Below are positions 62,071 to 64,000 of a stretch of DNA of 64,000 bases, in pieces. The stretch is taken from the IMG/VR virus record IMGVR_UViG_3300029305_009042; one strand, written 5' to 3'. Position numbers and translations under genes: made by a program. The notes beneath the pieces are model-generated. The model made no database searches and was not told where the DNA came from. It saw nothing but the letters and a program-made list of their open reading frames with translations. The first letter of the stretch is position 1. Each line of letters starts with the position of its first letter. Source of the DNA: an uncultured virus (IMG/VR IMGVR_UViG_3300029305_009042). Its lineage: Duplodnaviria; Heunggongvirae; Uroviricota; Caudoviricetes.

Positions 62071-63327
62071 TTACTCTTTCGAGTCACCCTCAAACAACTT
62101 GATCGCCAGGCGCGCGGCATCCAGCGCGTCAAGAATCGTACCCCAGAGGGCATAATCCTCTTGACACTCTATCGCGGCGGGTAGACCGGTCTCCCGGACC
62201 AGCTCCCCTTCTATCTTGTTGTGCCATTCTTTCGGGAACGGCACTTTAACCGGCGCCCCTGGCTCCGGGCTTGACGGTACACCGCGGATCCGCCAGGCGC
62301 CAAGATACCAATCGATCACGAACTTCGCCTTCGCGAAGTTTGCCAGGATTGGCTCCCAGCCCTTAAGTCCCGGGGGAATTTTCTGGACGTCGTCGTCCCG
62401 AAGATCCGCAAGGGCATCCTCCGTAAACAATTCCGGTTCATAAATCGAACCGGAGTTGTGTACCATCCAACGGGCTGCCCGCCACGCGTCCGCTTCCGTC
62501 AGCCAGATAGACAGGAAGCCAGACGCGTGGCAAAATATACCGCCAGGAAGTCCGGAGGCTTCCGAGAGGGCTTCGTTGCGAAGTCCTCGCCAGGACGCCG
62601 GGTGCGGAATCTTTTGTTCCGTCACCCGGTCCGCCGCGGGTGGTACGGCTTGCACCGACCATCCACCGGATAAAGCCGGATAGATCACGAATTTCGTGAT
62701 CTTACCGGACAAACGGTCCTTCCAGCCGGACAACCCGGCGGGGATCCGGACGATCTCCTCGTCCGGAATATCCTCCAGGACGTACTGGGCCCTGTCGACG
62801 CACCGAGCTTGATTGATACAAGCCTCCAGCACCTTCTCCGCCAAGGCCACGGCCTCGGCGAAGCAAGTATCTTCGAAATCCTGGTCCGGGACCGCGTCCC
62901 AGCCAGGGTTCATATGCCTGACTACACCCAATAAATTGGTGCCCTGGCTGGGCAGTCCATTGTCCTCCCGACAAATCGGAAGGAAGAGGGTCTCTTCCAT
63001 CCACCGCCTTCCCGCCGGTCCGACGCCGAACCGGCGAGTGAAGACCTCCTGAAAGAAGGGGTCGACCCACAAACGGGATGCCCCGCAATGCGGGGCGTCA
63101 TACTCCTCCCACCGCGGGCGCGGCACGGAGTGGTGGTCGTATGGACCACCACCAACATCCACCGCGAAGGCACCGTCCGGGACGTGCCGGGTCCGCTTCC
63201 AGCAAACGCTGGGCAGCACCGCCTTCACCAGTGCTACAGCCAGAACGTCATCAGCATGGAATCCGCCATTATGAATGTACATAATGGCTTTCTTATTAAA
63301 ACTCTTAGCGAATTCAGAATACAACAT
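62071..63327 (-). CDS. MYG1-family (DHH-like) nuclease with duplicated C-terminal domain
   Basis: HNGGFHADD, DVGGGPYDHH, DNG, P..WRG, FCHASGF motifs; AAGGAG RBS. Confidence 0.88.
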   Translation of the reverse strand: MLYSEFAKSFNKKAIMYIHNGGFHADDVLAVALVKAVLPSVCWKRTRHVPDGAFAVDVGGGPYDHHSVPRPRWEEYDAPHCGASRLWVDPFFQEVFTRRFGVGPAGRRWMEETLFLPICREDNGLPSQGTNLLGVVRHMNPGWDAVPDQDFEDTCFAEAVALAEKVLEACINQARCVDRAQYVLEDIPDEEIVRIPAGLSGWKDRLSGKITKFVIYPALSGGWSVQAVPPAADRVTEQKIPHPASWRGLRNEALSEASGLPGGIFCHASGFLSIWLTEADAWRAARWMVHNSGSIYEPELFTEDALADLRDDDVQKIPPGLKGWEPILANFAKAKFVIDWYLGAWRIRGVPSSPEPGAPVKVPFPKEWHNKIEGELVRETGLPAAIECQEDYALWGTILDALDAARLAIKLFEGDSKE

Positions 63328-63383
63328 ATTTTTCTCCTTAAAATTACACGGAGCGCCCTACGCGCCTCCGCTAAATGAAAACG

Positions 63384-63407
63384 AAAAAAACCCGGCACAC
63401 TGCCGGG
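63384..63407 (-). terminator. Rho-independent terminator
   Basis: CCCGGCA/TGCCGGG stem plus T7 on minus strand. Confidence 0.8.
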
Positions 63408-63424
63408 TCTACTTATCCTTATCC

Positions 63425-63997
63425 TTATTCTTCTGTTCTATCCCGGATCTCCGGTTCATGCCGGAAAATACCCGGGTACTCGTTCCGGAGTTGTTCCTCC
63501 GTCGCGAGTATCCAAAGCCGGAACCGCCCCGGCTCACGGGCAACACAGTATTCAGTCTGAGCCTTCAAGAGGACCCAGGCTGTACTGTATTGCCGATGAT
63601 CATACGGGACCTTATACATATCCCATACGATCTGCGCCTCCAGAGGAAAGAGGCGCAGCGTGCCCGCGTCGCGGCAAAGCGACGACAAGCACAGAGTTCC
63701 TGTCATCGGGTCAAACTTCTCTAAAACTCCCGTCTTAGAGTCGTAGACCCAATAGTAGCTTTCCGGCCGCGTTTCCAGCAGCCAGAGTGTATAATTCAGC
63801 ACCCTGTCCCGGAGCCGGTCATCCTCCTCTGCGGAGTATTCCAGCCCCACCCTATTCAGACAGGCTACGAACCAATTTAACTGCCATACCTCGTCCGTAA
63901 CAGCCGGCACCGTGGCTTGAACCGGCTGCGGCTCCGCCGTCCAGAAGAACGGCAGAGCCACTAACAGCATCAGATGGAAAAAGAAGGACCGGATCAC
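63425..63997 (-). CDS. Hypothetical exported/membrane-anchored protein (start may lie outside window)
   Basis: Hydrophobic N-terminal segment, ORF open to window edge. Confidence 0.6.
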   Translation of the reverse strand: MIRSFFFHLMLLVALPFFWTAEPQPVQATVPAVTDEVWQLNWFVACLNRVGLEYSAEEDDRLRDRVLNYTLWLLETRPESYYWVYDSKTGVLEKFDPMTGTLCLSSLCRDAGTLRLFPLEAQIVWDMYKVPYDHRQYSTAWVLLKAQTEYCVAREPGRFRLWILATEEQLRNEYPGIFRHEPEIRDRTEE

Positions 63998-64000
63998 CCC

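Noticed and set aside
1..64000. Genome-wide stop-codon reassignment (TAG->Gln, code 15)
   Set aside because: Long genes (RNAP, sheath, tape measure) are intact in the standard code, and several TAGs are clearly real stops (13708 and 61793 precede terminators; 22940 overlaps the next start). Only two local cases are kept as findings.
1..64000. tRNA/rRNA genes, integrase, transposase, diversity-generating retroelement
   Set aside because: None recognised by eye; a tRNAscan/Infernal and profile search would be needed to exclude them formally.

Overview
A 64-kb segment of what appears to be a large contractile-tailed (myovirus-type, probably jumbo) bacteriophage or prophage-like element; no host housekeeping genes, rRNA, tRNA or CRISPR array were recognised. 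All functional calls come from motifs read by eye, not database searches. It carries (i) a tail/baseplate module scattered over both strands (sheath, tube, tape-measure-like protein, VgrG/gp5-like spike, baseplate hub- and J-like proteins, Cys-rich fibre-like proteins); (ii) a head-maturation region with a putative prohead protease interrupted by a LAGLIDADG intein, plus a family of putative head/cargo proteins marked by K-x-A motifs, a shared ~30-aa N-terminal leader and glycine-zipper segments; (iii) its own transcription kit: a single 1461-aa polypeptide fusing a streamlined RNA polymerase beta to the N-terminal half of beta' (catalytic loop AMDNDGD), a sigma70-family factor and a stand-alone alpha-CTD-like protein; (iv) conflict/accessory genes: a complete Dcm/EcoRII-like restriction-modification pair, a Septu-like ATPase+HNH pair, a second AAA ATPase with an apparently truncated partner, a Lar-like protein, an SPFH protein, NrdG and a MYG1-family nuclease with a duplicated C-terminal domain. 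The strongest candidates for new biology are the leader-peptide/K-x-A cargo system and the fused RNA polymerase.
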